Source: Halobacteriovoraceae bacterium (GTDB lineage: Bacteria > Bdellovibrionota > Bacteriovoracia > Bacteriovoracales > Bacteriovoracaceae). From it: a stretch of 55,529 nucleotides of DNA. The stretch lies in the NCBI GenBank assembly GCA_040376635.1, contig JBEIQF010000001.1, positions 1-55,529 of the forward strand. Direction: 5' to 3'. Below, in pieces: positions 26,087-35,421 of the stretch. Every line of letters begins with the position of its first letter. Position 1 is the first letter of the stretch. The notes under the pieces were generated by a model that saw nothing but the letters and a program-made list of their open reading frames with translations, was not told where the DNA came from and did not search any database. The position numbers were made by a program, and so were the translations under genes.

Positions 26087-28088
26087 TGTTCTGAGCTTCA
26101 TCTTGATAGTAAAGCTTCCCTTTGTGTTCTTCAATGATCCCTCGTGAAATACTTAGTCCAAGACCAGTACCAACCCCAATATCTTTTGTCGTGAAGAATG
26201 GCTGGAAAAGTTTCTGTCGGATGGCCGAGGAGATTCTTTCTCCACAGTCAGTTACCTGAATGCGGTATTGATCACCAATGTCTTCCATCTTGATGTTAAT
26301 CCATGGATGAGGATAACTTGAAGTGGCCTGATATGAGTTGTTGATGAGATTCAAGAGAACCTGAGAGATCTCAACCGGACGACAGAAGATCATCGCATCG
26401 TCTTTTAAGAATTCAACGTTAACCGCTGTACCATTGTTATTGATTCGCTCCTGACAGATATCAAGAGTCTCTTCAACGATCTTGTTCAATGAATAGCGAA
26501 CTTTCTCATCCATTGAAGACTCACGCGAGAATCTTCTCATACCATTCACAATTCTTGAAATTCTCGCAACGGTCTGATCCATCTTCTCAATGTATTGAAG
26601 AAGAAGTTCAGGGCTTAATGAATGTCTTGAGGAGTGACGTCTCAAAAGGTCGATATAACCCTTGATGATTGAAAGTGGATTGTTAATCTCGTGCGCGATA
26701 CCTCCGGCCATCTCACCAAGTGCGGACAACTTGGAAGCTTGCGTAAGTTTCATCTCAGCTTCTTTACGGCTGGTAATGTTCTCCGCCATGACAATCACGC
26801 CACCAATTTCTCCATTGGCAGTTTTCCACGGCTGAATAGCCCAGCGAAGCCAGAACTCATTTCCGTTTCCGAAATCAAGCAGGTCTTCATCACGTCCAAG
26901 CGTTTCACCTTTAAGGGCACGCTCCATGCTCTGAAGCCATTCTTTCCTGAAGTCAGCACGTACTGCCTGTCCTTCTTTTGCTTTCCCGAAGTTCTGCCAT
27001 TCTTCAAGCCATCTTGATGAGAACGCCAGATATCGTAATTCTTTATCAAACATCGCTACCGGAGTAGGAAGTGATTGAATCATGGATTTGAGCTGTTGCT
27101 CAGAAATGATGACGGATTGTTCCCACTTCACAACCGGAGTAACGTTTACGTTTACACCAATGAGACGTTGTGGAACACCGTCGTTAGATCGATGAATGAT
27201 ACACCCACGATCCAGACACCATTGAATCTCACCTGTTTTAGTGAGCATTCGATATCTGCATTCGTAGAAAATTGTTTCGCCTTTTAAGTGACGATCTAGC
27301 TCTTCAAATACTCTTGGAGCATCTTCAGGGTGAAGAACTGACTTAAACGTTTCAAGATTCTGCGGGAGTTCGTTATAGTTATAACCAAGTTTTGTGTACC
27401 AGGTTTTATTCAGAACCAGTTTATTCGAAATAAGATCCCAGTCCCACTTACCAACCTGGGCACCTTCAAGGGCAAGATCAAGACTGAGTTTTGCTTCATT
27501 CAAATCATCTAACTTACGCTTGAGATCGTTCTCAAGATAATTGATTCGGTGACGGAGTTCTTTTTCGTATGTGTGACGTTTTTCTGTTTCGATCAGACGT
27601 CCAATGAAATCAGAAAAACTTGCTGCAAAATTCTTATCGAGAATATCCCATGTTCTTGTCATTGATTTCTGCTCAAGGCAGATAATCCCGATCATTTCAC
27701 CATCTGAGAAGATGGGAGCATCAAGAAGCGCACGAACATCGAGCGGCTTCATGTAGCTGTCTACAAATTCCGAAGTAGCAGGATCAATAAAAGTGTCAGG
27801 GCTTGTGACGACTCGTTCTTCATTGATGTGCTGGAAATAAATTGGATAATCAGATTTTTTAAGAATTGAACCTTGAGTTGTCGGCTCGCCTACGACGTAG
27901 GTCATCTCTTCGTAGATCGCTTCTTTATCGATAGTATAAAACCACACACCCACTCTTTGGATGTTCATAGTCGTGGCCATTTTTTCGCAAAGGATTTCTA
28001 AAGCGCGGTGTCGGCTTGAACGATAGATTTCTGAATTTTTAGCAAACCAGCTCTGGGCGGTGTGATAAAGCTCGAACTTATCTACCAT
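26028..28088 (-). CDS. Cytoplasmic GAF-PAS-PAS sensor histidine kinase
   Basis: GAF (RALLDAPI), PAS3 (WDWD, LHPED), H-box GIAHEINNPL, N-box QVLLNLINN, FQPFFTTK, GTGLGL; no TM segment. Confidence 0.93.
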   Translation of the reverse strand: MVDKFELYHTAQSWFAKNSEIYRSSRHRALEILCEKMATTMNIQRVGVWFYTIDKEAIYEEMTYVVGEPTTQGSILKKSDYPIYFQHINEERVVTSPDTFIDPATSEFVDSYMKPLDVRALLDAPIFSDGEMIGIICLEQKSMTRTWDILDKNFAASFSDFIGRLIETEKRHTYEKELRHRINYLENDLKRKLDDLNEAKLSLDLALEGAQVGKWDWDLISNKLVLNKTWYTKLGYNYNELPQNLETFKSVLHPEDAPRVFEELDRHLKGETIFYECRYRMLTKTGEIQWCLDRGCIIHRSNDGVPQRLIGVNVNVTPVVKWEQSVIISEQQLKSMIQSLPTPVAMFDKELRYLAFSSRWLEEWQNFGKAKEGQAVRADFRKEWLQSMERALKGETLGRDEDLLDFGNGNEFWLRWAIQPWKTANGEIGGVIVMAENITSRKEAEMKLTQASKLSALGEMAGGIAHEINNPLSIIKGYIDLLRRHSSRHSLSPELLLQYIEKMDQTVARISRIVNGMRRFSRESSMDEKVRYSLNKIVEETLDICQERINNNGTAVNVEFLKDDAMIFCRPVEISQVLLNLINNSYQATSSYPHPWINIKMEDIGDQYRIQVTDCGERISSAIRQKLFQPFFTTKDIGVGTGLGLSISRGIIEEHKGKLYYQDEAQNTTFVIELPKLDMESTQISH

Positions 28089-28198
28089 TAGAGGGACCTC
28101 TTTCTTAGTAATTCCGGAAACTAACCCTGATTGAGCTGTGAGTAAACTTAAAATTCCTTAGGCCTGAAAGATTCGGGTGCCTAAGCACCCGATAATTC

Positions 28199-30229
28199 CT
28201 AGTGTAGCCCTGCTCTTCTTAGTAAAGCTCCAACGTCCGGTTCCTGACCTCTGAACTTCTTATAGAGCTCCATAGGATGTTCCGTACCGCCTTTCTCGAG
28301 AATAAATTCACGGAATTTTTTGGCAACTTCACGATTGAAGATCCCAGAAGTCTGGAAAAATTCAAACGCATCAGCATCAAGAACTTCGGCCCATTTGTAT
28401 GAGTAATACCCGGCTGAGTATCCACCAGCGAAGATATGAGAGAAAGAGGTTGAAATACTTGTTCCAGGAATTTTTGGAAGAAGTGTTGTTTTATCAATTG
28501 TCTTAGTCTCAAACTCGCCGATGTCTTTGATCGTATCAGGATTCTGAGTGTGGTAGGCCATATCAAGGAACGCAAATGAAAGCTGTCTCATTGTTCCGAG
28601 ACCTTCCAGGAATTTTCCACTCGCTTTGATTTTTTTCACAAGATCTTGTGGGATTTTCTCACCTGTTTCGAAGTGAACTGCAAAAAGATCAAGGCATTCT
28701 TTTTCAAGAACCCAATTCTCCATGATTTGTGAAGGAAGCTCTACAAAATCCCAGTACACGTTTGTGCCTGAAAGATCGCGATACTTAACTTTCGACAAAA
28801 GCCCGTGAAGAGCGTGTCCGAATTCATGATAGAGCGTCAGCACTTCATCAAGAGTGAGAAGTGATGGTTTTGTTTTCGTTGGTTTCGTGAAGTTACACAC
28901 GATCATAATGTGAGGACGCTCAACTTTACCGTGATACATCCCCTGCTCTTTGATTCCAGACATCCATGCGCCACCACGCTTAGTAGCGCGTGGGAAGAAG
29001 TCTGTATAGAAAAGTCCTACGAATGATTTAGTCTCATCATCGTAAACTTCGAATGTACGAACATCTTCATGATATTTAGGAACGTTGAACACTTCCTTGA
29101 AGTTCAGATTATAAAGAAGGTTTGCCACTTTAAAGATACCGTCTACCACGTTCTCTAGTTTGAAATAAGGACGAAGCATTTCATCATCCATATCAAGCTC
29201 ACGTTTCTTTAAAATTTCAGAATAGTAAGCGGTATCGTACGATTGAAGATCTGTAATACCATCGAGTTCTTTGGCAAGATTCTTCAGGCGATCAATATCT
29301 TTCTGAGCATGTGGTTTAGCTTTCGCGAGGAGCTCTTCAAGGAAATCCATGACCTTCTTCGGAGACATCGCCATACGTTCTTCCAGAACGTAATCAGCAT
29401 GAGTATTGAAACCCAGAACTTTTGCTCTTTCTGTTCTAAGCATCAGGATTTCTTTCAACGTTTCCTGGTTATCGTATTTAGTGTTGAAAGTTTTTGATGA
29501 GCTAGCAGTAAGAAGCTTTTTACGAAGATCGCGCTTCTTAGAATAAGTCATGAAAGGAAGCATCGAGGGAACATCAAGACTGATGGCCCATTTTCCAGGA
29601 TGACCTTTTTTCTCTGCGAGTTCCTGAGCTGCTTCTACTACACCTTCAGGAAGACCTTCAAGATCAGACTTATCTTCAAGCACCATCAGATATTCATTCG
29701 TAGCTTTTAATACGTTTTGCGAGAACGTCAGAGTAAGCTTTGCAAGCTTCTCATCAATCTCACGCATGCGATCTTTCTCGCTGTCAGCGAGAAGAGCACC
29801 GTTACGAACGAAAGATTTATAAGTTTTTTCAATGATCGTCATTTCTTCGTTATTGAGATTTTGCTGCATACGAGATTCATAGCATGCTTTAACTTTCGCG
29901 AAGATTTGAGGATCTAGAGAGATGTCATTCCCAAAACGAGTTAGTGTTTCAGAAATTTCAGGAGAGATCTTTTCAAGATCTTCCGTGCATTCTGCTGAAT
30001 GAAGATTGAAGAAGATGCCAGCGATATAATCCACTTGTTCCGTGATATCACCTTTCTCTACAACGACATGTTGAAAGTCAGTGCGTGAATCTTTTTTGAA
30101 TGCTTCAAGTTTGGTTCGAGAAGTTTCTATTGCTGCTTTCAGCGCTGGAAGAAAATGTTCGGCTTTGATTGTATCAAATGGATAGGCCCCATGGCTTGCC
30201 GTGGGTTTTTCAAGAAGTGGATTCTGCAT
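28199..30229 (-). CDS. M3 family metallopeptidase (Dcp/oligopeptidase A-like)
   Basis: NPLL N-terminus, KRGGAWM, HEFGHALH, DFVELPSQIMENW, GGYSAGYYSYKWAEVLDAD. Confidence 0.95.
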   Translation of the reverse strand: MQNPLLEKPTASHGAYPFDTIKAEHFLPALKAAIETSRTKLEAFKKDSRTDFQHVVVEKGDITEQVDYIAGIFFNLHSAECTEDLEKISPEISETLTRFGNDISLDPQIFAKVKACYESRMQQNLNNEEMTIIEKTYKSFVRNGALLADSEKDRMREIDEKLAKLTLTFSQNVLKATNEYLMVLEDKSDLEGLPEGVVEAAQELAEKKGHPGKWAISLDVPSMLPFMTYSKKRDLRKKLLTASSSKTFNTKYDNQETLKEILMLRTERAKVLGFNTHADYVLEERMAMSPKKVMDFLEELLAKAKPHAQKDIDRLKNLAKELDGITDLQSYDTAYYSEILKKRELDMDDEMLRPYFKLENVVDGIFKVANLLYNLNFKEVFNVPKYHEDVRTFEVYDDETKSFVGLFYTDFFPRATKRGGAWMSGIKEQGMYHGKVERPHIMIVCNFTKPTKTKPSLLTLDEVLTLYHEFGHALHGLLSKVKYRDLSGTNVYWDFVELPSQIMENWVLEKECLDLFAVHFETGEKIPQDLVKKIKASGKFLEGLGTMRQLSFAFLDMAYHTQNPDTIKDIGEFETKTIDKTTLLPKIPGTSISTSFSHIFAGGYSAGYYSYKWAEVLDADAFEFFQTSGIFNREVAKKFREFILEKGGTEHPMELYKKFRGQEPDVGALLRRAGLH

Positions 30230-30236
30230 AATTTCC

Positions 30237-31454
30237 TCAATTAAATAATCTACGGTGTATTCCGAAAATTCTGACGACTAAGATCAGCCATACCAGAAGG
30301 AAACCGATCATCATCATATTAAGGATGAAAGAGGATTGAAGATAAATCAAGACTGCAGCAATCAAGGCCTTTGAAGTTCTATACACGAGCATATCAGTGA
30401 GATATTTAGCGCCGTATTTTTGCTCTGGTTGGAGTGGTTGGTAGAGAAGTTCCTTCCCTCCACTAAACAAAGAATAATCAGAAGCCTTGAGGTAGGTGTA
30501 AAAACCTGCCGTCAGGATCAGAATGTTGCCTCCGGCCAGTATCAATCCAGTGGAGAGCGCAAGATATGAAACAGGAATGAAAATATGCAATGAGCGCTCT
30601 GAAATCCGAGGCAATAAAAATGGAAGCATCACGAATTGAAAGATGAGGCTCAGGAAATTGGTCCAGGTATAAACCGTTCCAAGATAGGCCGTGCGTTCAC
30701 TTGATAGCGAAATGGCCTGTTCAAATAGGAGGTTGAACTTAAAGTCAGCGATGTTGATCACGAACTGCGAAAGCATCACGATCATGGCGATATGGAAAAC
30801 GTACTTCTTGATATCCGGAGTATTGAGAGTCGACATCGGAGATTCTTTTTCACTATGGGCCTCTTTAGCGAGAACCGGAGTGAAAACGAAAAGGACAGCA
30901 GGCAAAAGAACAAAGATCAGCGCAATCCAGGAAACGTGATTTGTCCCCCATCCCTTACTGATATAGGTCGTCAAAAGACCACCAAGGATTCCACCGACGC
31001 TCCCCACTGCTCCGACTGGGCCTACGATCTTCTTAAAATCTTCTTTTTTGAAATAGTTGTTAGCGTAAGCAAGCATCAAGTGAACTTGTAAAACGATACA
31101 GATTTCTTTCCAGATAAAGGAAATATACGAGAGCGGTTTTATTCCTGCTGAAGCTCCGAAAGAACTGATTCCGAACAAGACAGTAGAGAGAATTGAGGCC
31201 CAAAGAAAAACTTTCTGAACGGTATGTTTCGCCTGGAACTTATTGAAGATAAGAATGGTAAACGTGAGAACGACTACGGTGTAAAGCCATGCAATCGGAG
31301 AGGATTTAGCGCCATAGGACTCAAAGAATATGGTGGTAGAAGCTGCTCGGACTAAGGGGTAGTTAAAGAGTACAAAGAAGTAGGCAACAAGGAAAATCCA
31401 GAGACGACCTTTATATTTAGGGTCGTCACTACGGAGAAGTTCGACAATTTTCAT
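30237..31454 (-). CDS. Npt1/Npt2 (TLC, ATP/ADP translocase)-like MFS transporter
   Basis: About 12 TM; FNYPLVR, G.VGGILGG, IADFKF, ERTAY, KASDYSL...KELLY.PL...KY.AK...D..VYR.SK resemble the TLC family. Confidence 0.72.
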   Translation of the reverse strand: MKIVELLRSDDPKYKGRLWIFLVAYFFVLFNYPLVRAASTTIFFESYGAKSSPIAWLYTVVVLTFTILIFNKFQAKHTVQKVFLWASILSTVLFGISSFGASAGIKPLSYISFIWKEICIVLQVHLMLAYANNYFKKEDFKKIVGPVGAVGSVGGILGGLLTTYISKGWGTNHVSWIALIFVLLPAVLFVFTPVLAKEAHSEKESPMSTLNTPDIKKYVFHIAMIVMLSQFVINIADFKFNLLFEQAISLSSERTAYLGTVYTWTNFLSLIFQFVMLPFLLPRISERSLHIFIPVSYLALSTGLILAGGNILILTAGFYTYLKASDYSLFSGGKELLYQPLQPEQKYGAKYLTDMLVYRTSKALIAAVLIYLQSSFILNMMMIGFLLVWLILVVRIFGIHRRLFN

Positions 31455-31972
31455 TCTGTTTTAAGATACGTATCGCCCTTCTGAATTTCTTCGAAATCAT
31501 GTTGATGCTCAAATTGAGAGAAATCAAATGAAGTCGAGTAATTGTTTTTCTTGTGATCTTCGTTCGTAAGAGTCTTCATGAAATTGAAGAATTTCTCACG
31601 CGTTTCAGAACTCATTAAGTGTTCCATGAGACATGAATCTTTATGAGCAACTTCTTCATCAACACCGATGATGTCTTTTAAGAAGTAGAAAAGAAGAGTT
31701 CTTGAAGAAAGAATTCCGTGAACCGCTTCGTGACCAGTAGGTGAAAGCGAAAGGAATTTGCTTTCATCTTCAAGAACGAGTTCGCGCTTTTTCAGGTTAG
31801 TCAGAGCTGTAGAAACTGAACCTTTTGTAAGGCCCATTTCATGAGCGATATCAGTCACACGAGCATAGCCTTTTGCTTCTTTCAATTTATGAATAGCAAG
31901 AAGGTAATGAACCATCGAATGAGTTAAGTCGTTATCGTGAGTGTGCTGAATGGCGATCTTTTTGTCTGACAT
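31451..31972 (-). CDS. DtxR/MntR family metal-dependent transcriptional regulator
   Basis: YLLAIH.L...GYARVTDIA.EMGLTKGSVS.AL..L winged HTH; A.KDSCLMEHLMS metal-site motif. Confidence 0.88.
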   Translation of the reverse strand: MSDKKIAIQHTHDNDLTHSMVHYLLAIHKLKEAKGYARVTDIAHEMGLTKGSVSTALTNLKKRELVLEDESKFLSLSPTGHEAVHGILSSRTLLFYFLKDIIGVDEEVAHKDSCLMEHLMSSETREKFFNFMKTLTNEDHKKNNYSTSFDFSQFEHQHDFEEIQKGDTYLKTE

Positions 31973-31978
31973 GCCTAT

Positions 31979-32007
31979 AAGGTACTTATCCCCTAAATAC
32001 CCGTCAA
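31979..32007 (-). promoter_or_regulatory. Putative sigma70 promoter giving a leaderless transcript of the DtxR/MntR gene
   Basis: TTGACG-N17-TACCTT followed by 6 nt then ATG. Confidence 0.45.
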
Positions 32008-32161
32008 ACGATAAATATTTGTTGCAGTTCCCGACGGAGGGCCCTCTTTCAGCTCCTAGTCTAAACCCCCGAAATCACTGACCACTCCTCTCTGGAAAGA
32101 ATTTCTCTCCCTTCTTCTCGCGGAAGTGCGTGATAAAATTATGTTTATCCAAGGTATGCTT

Positions 32162-33745
32162 ATGAAAAATTTGATTTCACTCACTCTCCTCTGCCTCATG
32201 CTTCCATCATTCGTGATTGGTGACGACACGTCTATCGATGGTCAGTTCGCTACACCAACCAACATGACTGATAAGCAAATGGAAGGTGCTAAGAACTTCA
32301 CTCACCAAGGGATCAAAGATCGTAAGATTCAGGAAGGGTGCGCGAAGGTTAATGACTGTCAGGAAGATGGTAGTGGCTTCCCTCTCGAGAAAGTGATCGG
32401 AACAATGTATGCGACCATTGGTATGATGGGAGGAACAGAACTCAATACTGGAAAGGAAACGGCTGCTTCCGAAGCTAATAGGGCTTCAGTCGCAGAAGCT
32501 AATAAAGCTCCAGGTGCTACTCAAAAAGAACTTCCTAAGAAAGAAACAGAGAAGAAAAAAGACTACTGTATCATGATCGCAATGGGTGCCGAGATTGTAG
32601 GAGGTGCTCTACAAACAACGATGCAGAAGAAAGCTGAAAACGCAGCATCTGGCATCAATGATGCTCAATTAGCTTCTCTTGTTAATCTAAAAGAAACTCA
32701 TAAAGCTCGTGCGAAGACTGCCTCATTCCAGAGAGCAATCTACGCGGGTGTATCAGCTTGTTACGGATATATGCTCGCAACAGGTGCAGTGATGGATTTC
32801 AATCTTGGTCTGAAGATGGCAGGTGCAGTGGCCCTAACAGGTCTGTATTGGAAAAAAGTTAACAAGCATAAAAACGCAGCTGAAAAAGTTCAGCTTGTGA
32901 TTGATTCACTTCCTAAGGCCGGTGATTGTAACCCTTGGACTGGAACAAAATGTTTTTGTTCAGAGGCTACTTCGAAAGATAAATATCCTGGCGAGTATCA
33001 GGAAGTGTGTGTACTCAACAATGGAAATTTTGAAACGCCAAAAATCGCCATGGGTTGCGGAACTTTAGTTGATAAGAAAGTGACTTTCGATAAAGAATGT
33101 AAATGTAAAGCTACCAACACTTGTATCAAAGGAACACTTTCAGCTGTCAGAGGGATGTCTGACCTAGGTATGAACATGATGAATGAGGCCAATAAGAATT
33201 TTGAGCTTCTGAATTCAGGTGAATTTGATCAGGGTAAATTTGATTCAGCAGCACTTACTGCTTCGGCACTTGCAGCAAGAGTTAAAATTCCTAATCCGAA
33301 AGTGAAGGCCAATCTCACACCAGACCAACAAAAACTTGCCGGTGAATTATCAAAATATCTTCCACCAGGCTATGCTGCAGTTGCAGCAACAGCTCCTGCT
33401 AATTCCGGCTTTAAGAGCGGAGTATCAGAACCATCTACTTCTTCAGCTGCTATCAGCAAACTTTCACCTGAACTAAAACAGAAAGTCGCAGAAGCTATCA
33501 AAGTTAACTATCAGCAAGGAAGCGGCGGAACTGATTTCTCAGATGGTGGTGAAGAAGAAATTGTTATTCCTGGTTTTGGCCCTCAAGCAGAAAGCTCGAA
33601 AGGCGGTACTGAGGTTATCAGCTTTGCTGAAGCGGCCGTGAATAAAGCGGATGTTTCAAATGCTCCGGATACTCCGATCTTCGATATCATCTCAAACAGA
33701 TACCGCAGATCAGGCTGGAACAAGCTTGATACTGAAGGGAAGTAA
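32162..33745 (+). CDS. Hypothetical secreted Cys-rich protein
   Basis: Signal peptide MKNLISLTLLCL from ATG 32162 (ORF track begins 32126); Gly/Ala hydrophobic helices, Cys cluster, C-terminal IFDIISNRY. Confidence 0.75.
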   Translation: MKNLISLTLLCLMLPSFVIGDDTSIDGQFATPTNMTDKQMEGAKNFTHQGIKDRKIQEGCAKVNDCQEDGSGFPLEKVIGTMYATIGMMGGTELNTGKETAASEANRASVAEANKAPGATQKELPKKETEKKKDYCIMIAMGAEIVGGALQTTMQKKAENAASGINDAQLASLVNLKETHKARAKTASFQRAIYAGVSACYGYMLATGAVMDFNLGLKMAGAVALTGLYWKKVNKHKNAAEKVQLVIDSLPKAGDCNPWTGTKCFCSEATSKDKYPGEYQEVCVLNNGNFETPKIAMGCGTLVDKKVTFDKECKCKATNTCIKGTLSAVRGMSDLGMNMMNEANKNFELLNSGEFDQGKFDSAALTASALAARVKIPNPKVKANLTPDQQKLAGELSKYLPPGYAAVAATAPANSGFKSGVSEPSTSSAAISKLSPELKQKVAEAIKVNYQQGSGGTDFSDGGEEEIVIPGFGPQAESSKGGTEVISFAEAAVNKADVSNAPDTPIFDIISNRYRRSGWNKLDTEGK

Positions 33746-33759
33746 TTACTTCGTAACGA

Positions 33760-34191
33760 TTATTCGCCTAAGTTATTGAACTGATCAATACGTGTCTGGT
33801 GTCTTCCGCCTTCAAAAGAAGTAGTCAGGAAGACATCAGCAATTTTCTTCATATATTCAGGATGAGTTTTACGGCCGGCAATACAAAGCACGTTGGCATC
33901 GTTATGCTGACGTGTCATGCGAGCATCATCTTCATCACGGCACAGAGCTGCTCTGATGCCTTTAAAGCGATTTGCCGTCATACATACGCCCTGGCCTGAC
34001 CCACATAAAAGAATTCCCAAAGTCTTCTCTTCAATGACTTTTTGAACAAGCTTTGTTGCCCATTCAGGATAGTTTGTTGATTCAGTCGAATGCGTCCCAA
34101 GATCCACTACTTCGTAGTTTTTCTTCAGGTATTCAAGAAGGAGTGTTTTTTCATTGAAGGCAGCGTGATCTGAGGCGATGAAGATTTTCAT
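33760..34191 (-). CDS. rpiB: Ribose-5-phosphate isomerase B
   Basis: ASDHAA, DLGT, CGSGQG, ANRFKGIRAA, HNDANVL, FEGGRH..R. Confidence 0.95.
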   Translation of the reverse strand: MKIFIASDHAAFNEKTLLLEYLKKNYEVVDLGTHSTESTNYPEWATKLVQKVIEEKTLGILLCGSGQGVCMTANRFKGIRAALCRDEDDARMTRQHNDANVLCIAGRKTHPEYMKKIADVFLTTSFEGGRHQTRIDQFNNLGE

Positions 34192-34208
34192 GATGAAAGT
34201 GTAGCAAG

Positions 34209-34233
34209 AAAAAGGGGGCTTTTAAAAGCCCCC
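34209..34233 (-). terminator. Intrinsic terminator after the OmpA-family gene
   Basis: GGGGCTTTT/AAAAGCCCC inverted repeat with a T-run on the minus strand. Confidence 0.75.
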
Positions 34234-34239
34234 ATCGTT

Positions 34240-35313
34240 TTATTGTGAAATGACACCGATAACTCGTCGATTCTGTGTTCGACCTTCAGGTGTATTGTTG
34301 TCTGCGACTGGTTTTTCATCACCATAACCGTACGCACTCACTCGTGATGCAGGGATTCCTGCTTTCTCAACAAGGTAAGTTCTCACTGAATTCGCACGTG
34401 ACTCAGAAAGTTTTTTGTTTTTCGCTTTAGATCCTGTGTTATCAGTGTGACCTTGGATTTCTAATTTAGTGTTCGGATGTTCATTGAGGAATGCTGCGAT
34501 CTCATCTAAGTGAGGACTTGCTTCATCACCAAGTGTCGCGCTTCCTGTAGGAAACAGAACTTCAATGGTCATTGATGCTTTTTCTTCCGGCATACAACCG
34601 TAAGCATTGACGAGTTTTCCTGGTTCAGTGCCAGGACATTTGTCCTTAGAATTTACGATCCCATCTTTATCATCATCCATCTCAGTTGCTGCTACTGCTG
34701 CAACAGGAACTGCTTTTTTGGGCTTATCATCCTCGATCTCTTTGTCCGGACCAAAATAATAAGTGAGTCCTACTTGAGGAATGATGGCGAAGATTTCACG
34801 ACCAGGAAAAGCTTCATCCCCTGTATCTTCATCTTCATCATTAAAAGGCATCTTCCCAATGAACTGATAGTCTGCGAACACTGAGCCAACCAGATCATCA
34901 GTGAATGCATATTCCATCCCTGCTCTCGCTCGACTCGCGAATTTCAGGCCATCGTGATAAGGCCCAATGTTTCCCATGTCGGCAACACCAGCACCGATAC
35001 CAAGAACGGGTGTAAGCTTATCACCTTCATTGATTCTGTATTGGTACATGAGATCCATGACTTTCGCATTGATGTCTGTATTTTCAAATTCAAGATGAGA
35101 GTAATTTAACTGTAAGCTATCTTCGGGAGTGAAGTGGTACCGCAAGTGACCGTTCCACATCACTTCGTCTTTTGCAAAATCATCAAAATCATTTCCCTGA
35201 ATAGGAAAGGTGTAACCACCACCGCCCCCGATACCGAAACGTTCTGAGAAATCGTAGGTCTTCGCCCAGGATGAAACAGGAATCAACAGCATTATTAACA
35301 TTAGATTTTTCAT
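34240..35313 (-). CDS. OmpA/OprF family outer membrane protein
   Basis: Signal peptide, beta-barrel, TSP3-like DDDKDGIVNSKDKCPGT...GC linker, GHTDNTG...N..LSESRA.SV, NRRV peptidoglycan-binding domain. Confidence 0.93.
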   Translation of the reverse strand: MKNLMLIMLLIPVSSWAKTYDFSERFGIGGGGGYTFPIQGNDFDDFAKDEVMWNGHLRYHFTPEDSLQLNYSHLEFENTDINAKVMDLMYQYRINEGDKLTPVLGIGAGVADMGNIGPYHDGLKFASRARAGMEYAFTDDLVGSVFADYQFIGKMPFNDEDEDTGDEAFPGREIFAIIPQVGLTYYFGPDKEIEDDKPKKAVPVAAVAATEMDDDKDGIVNSKDKCPGTEPGKLVNAYGCMPEEKASMTIEVLFPTGSATLGDEASPHLDEIAAFLNEHPNTKLEIQGHTDNTGSKAKNKKLSESRANSVRTYLVEKAGIPASRVSAYGYGDEKPVADNNTPEGRTQNRRVIGVISQ

Positions 35314-35385
35314 AATAATTCCTCCGCTCGAGAGATGATCGCAAAGAATGATTATTGAATGTAGGGCGGGAGTGTTGAAGAAGAG

Positions 35386-35414
35386 AAAAAGGCCTGACTA
35401 AATAGTCAGGCCTT
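35386..35414 (-). terminator. Intrinsic terminator after ahcY
   Basis: AAGGCCTGACTA-AA-TAGTCAGGCCTT hairpin with a T-run on the minus strand. Confidence 0.8.
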
Positions 35415-35421
35415 AGAGTTT

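Noticed and set aside
28173-28192. Hairpin TCGGGTGC-CTAA-GCACCCGA after the M3 peptidase gene
   Set aside because: Plausible terminator or stabilising stem, but it lacks a clear adjacent U-tract, so it is not listed as a feature
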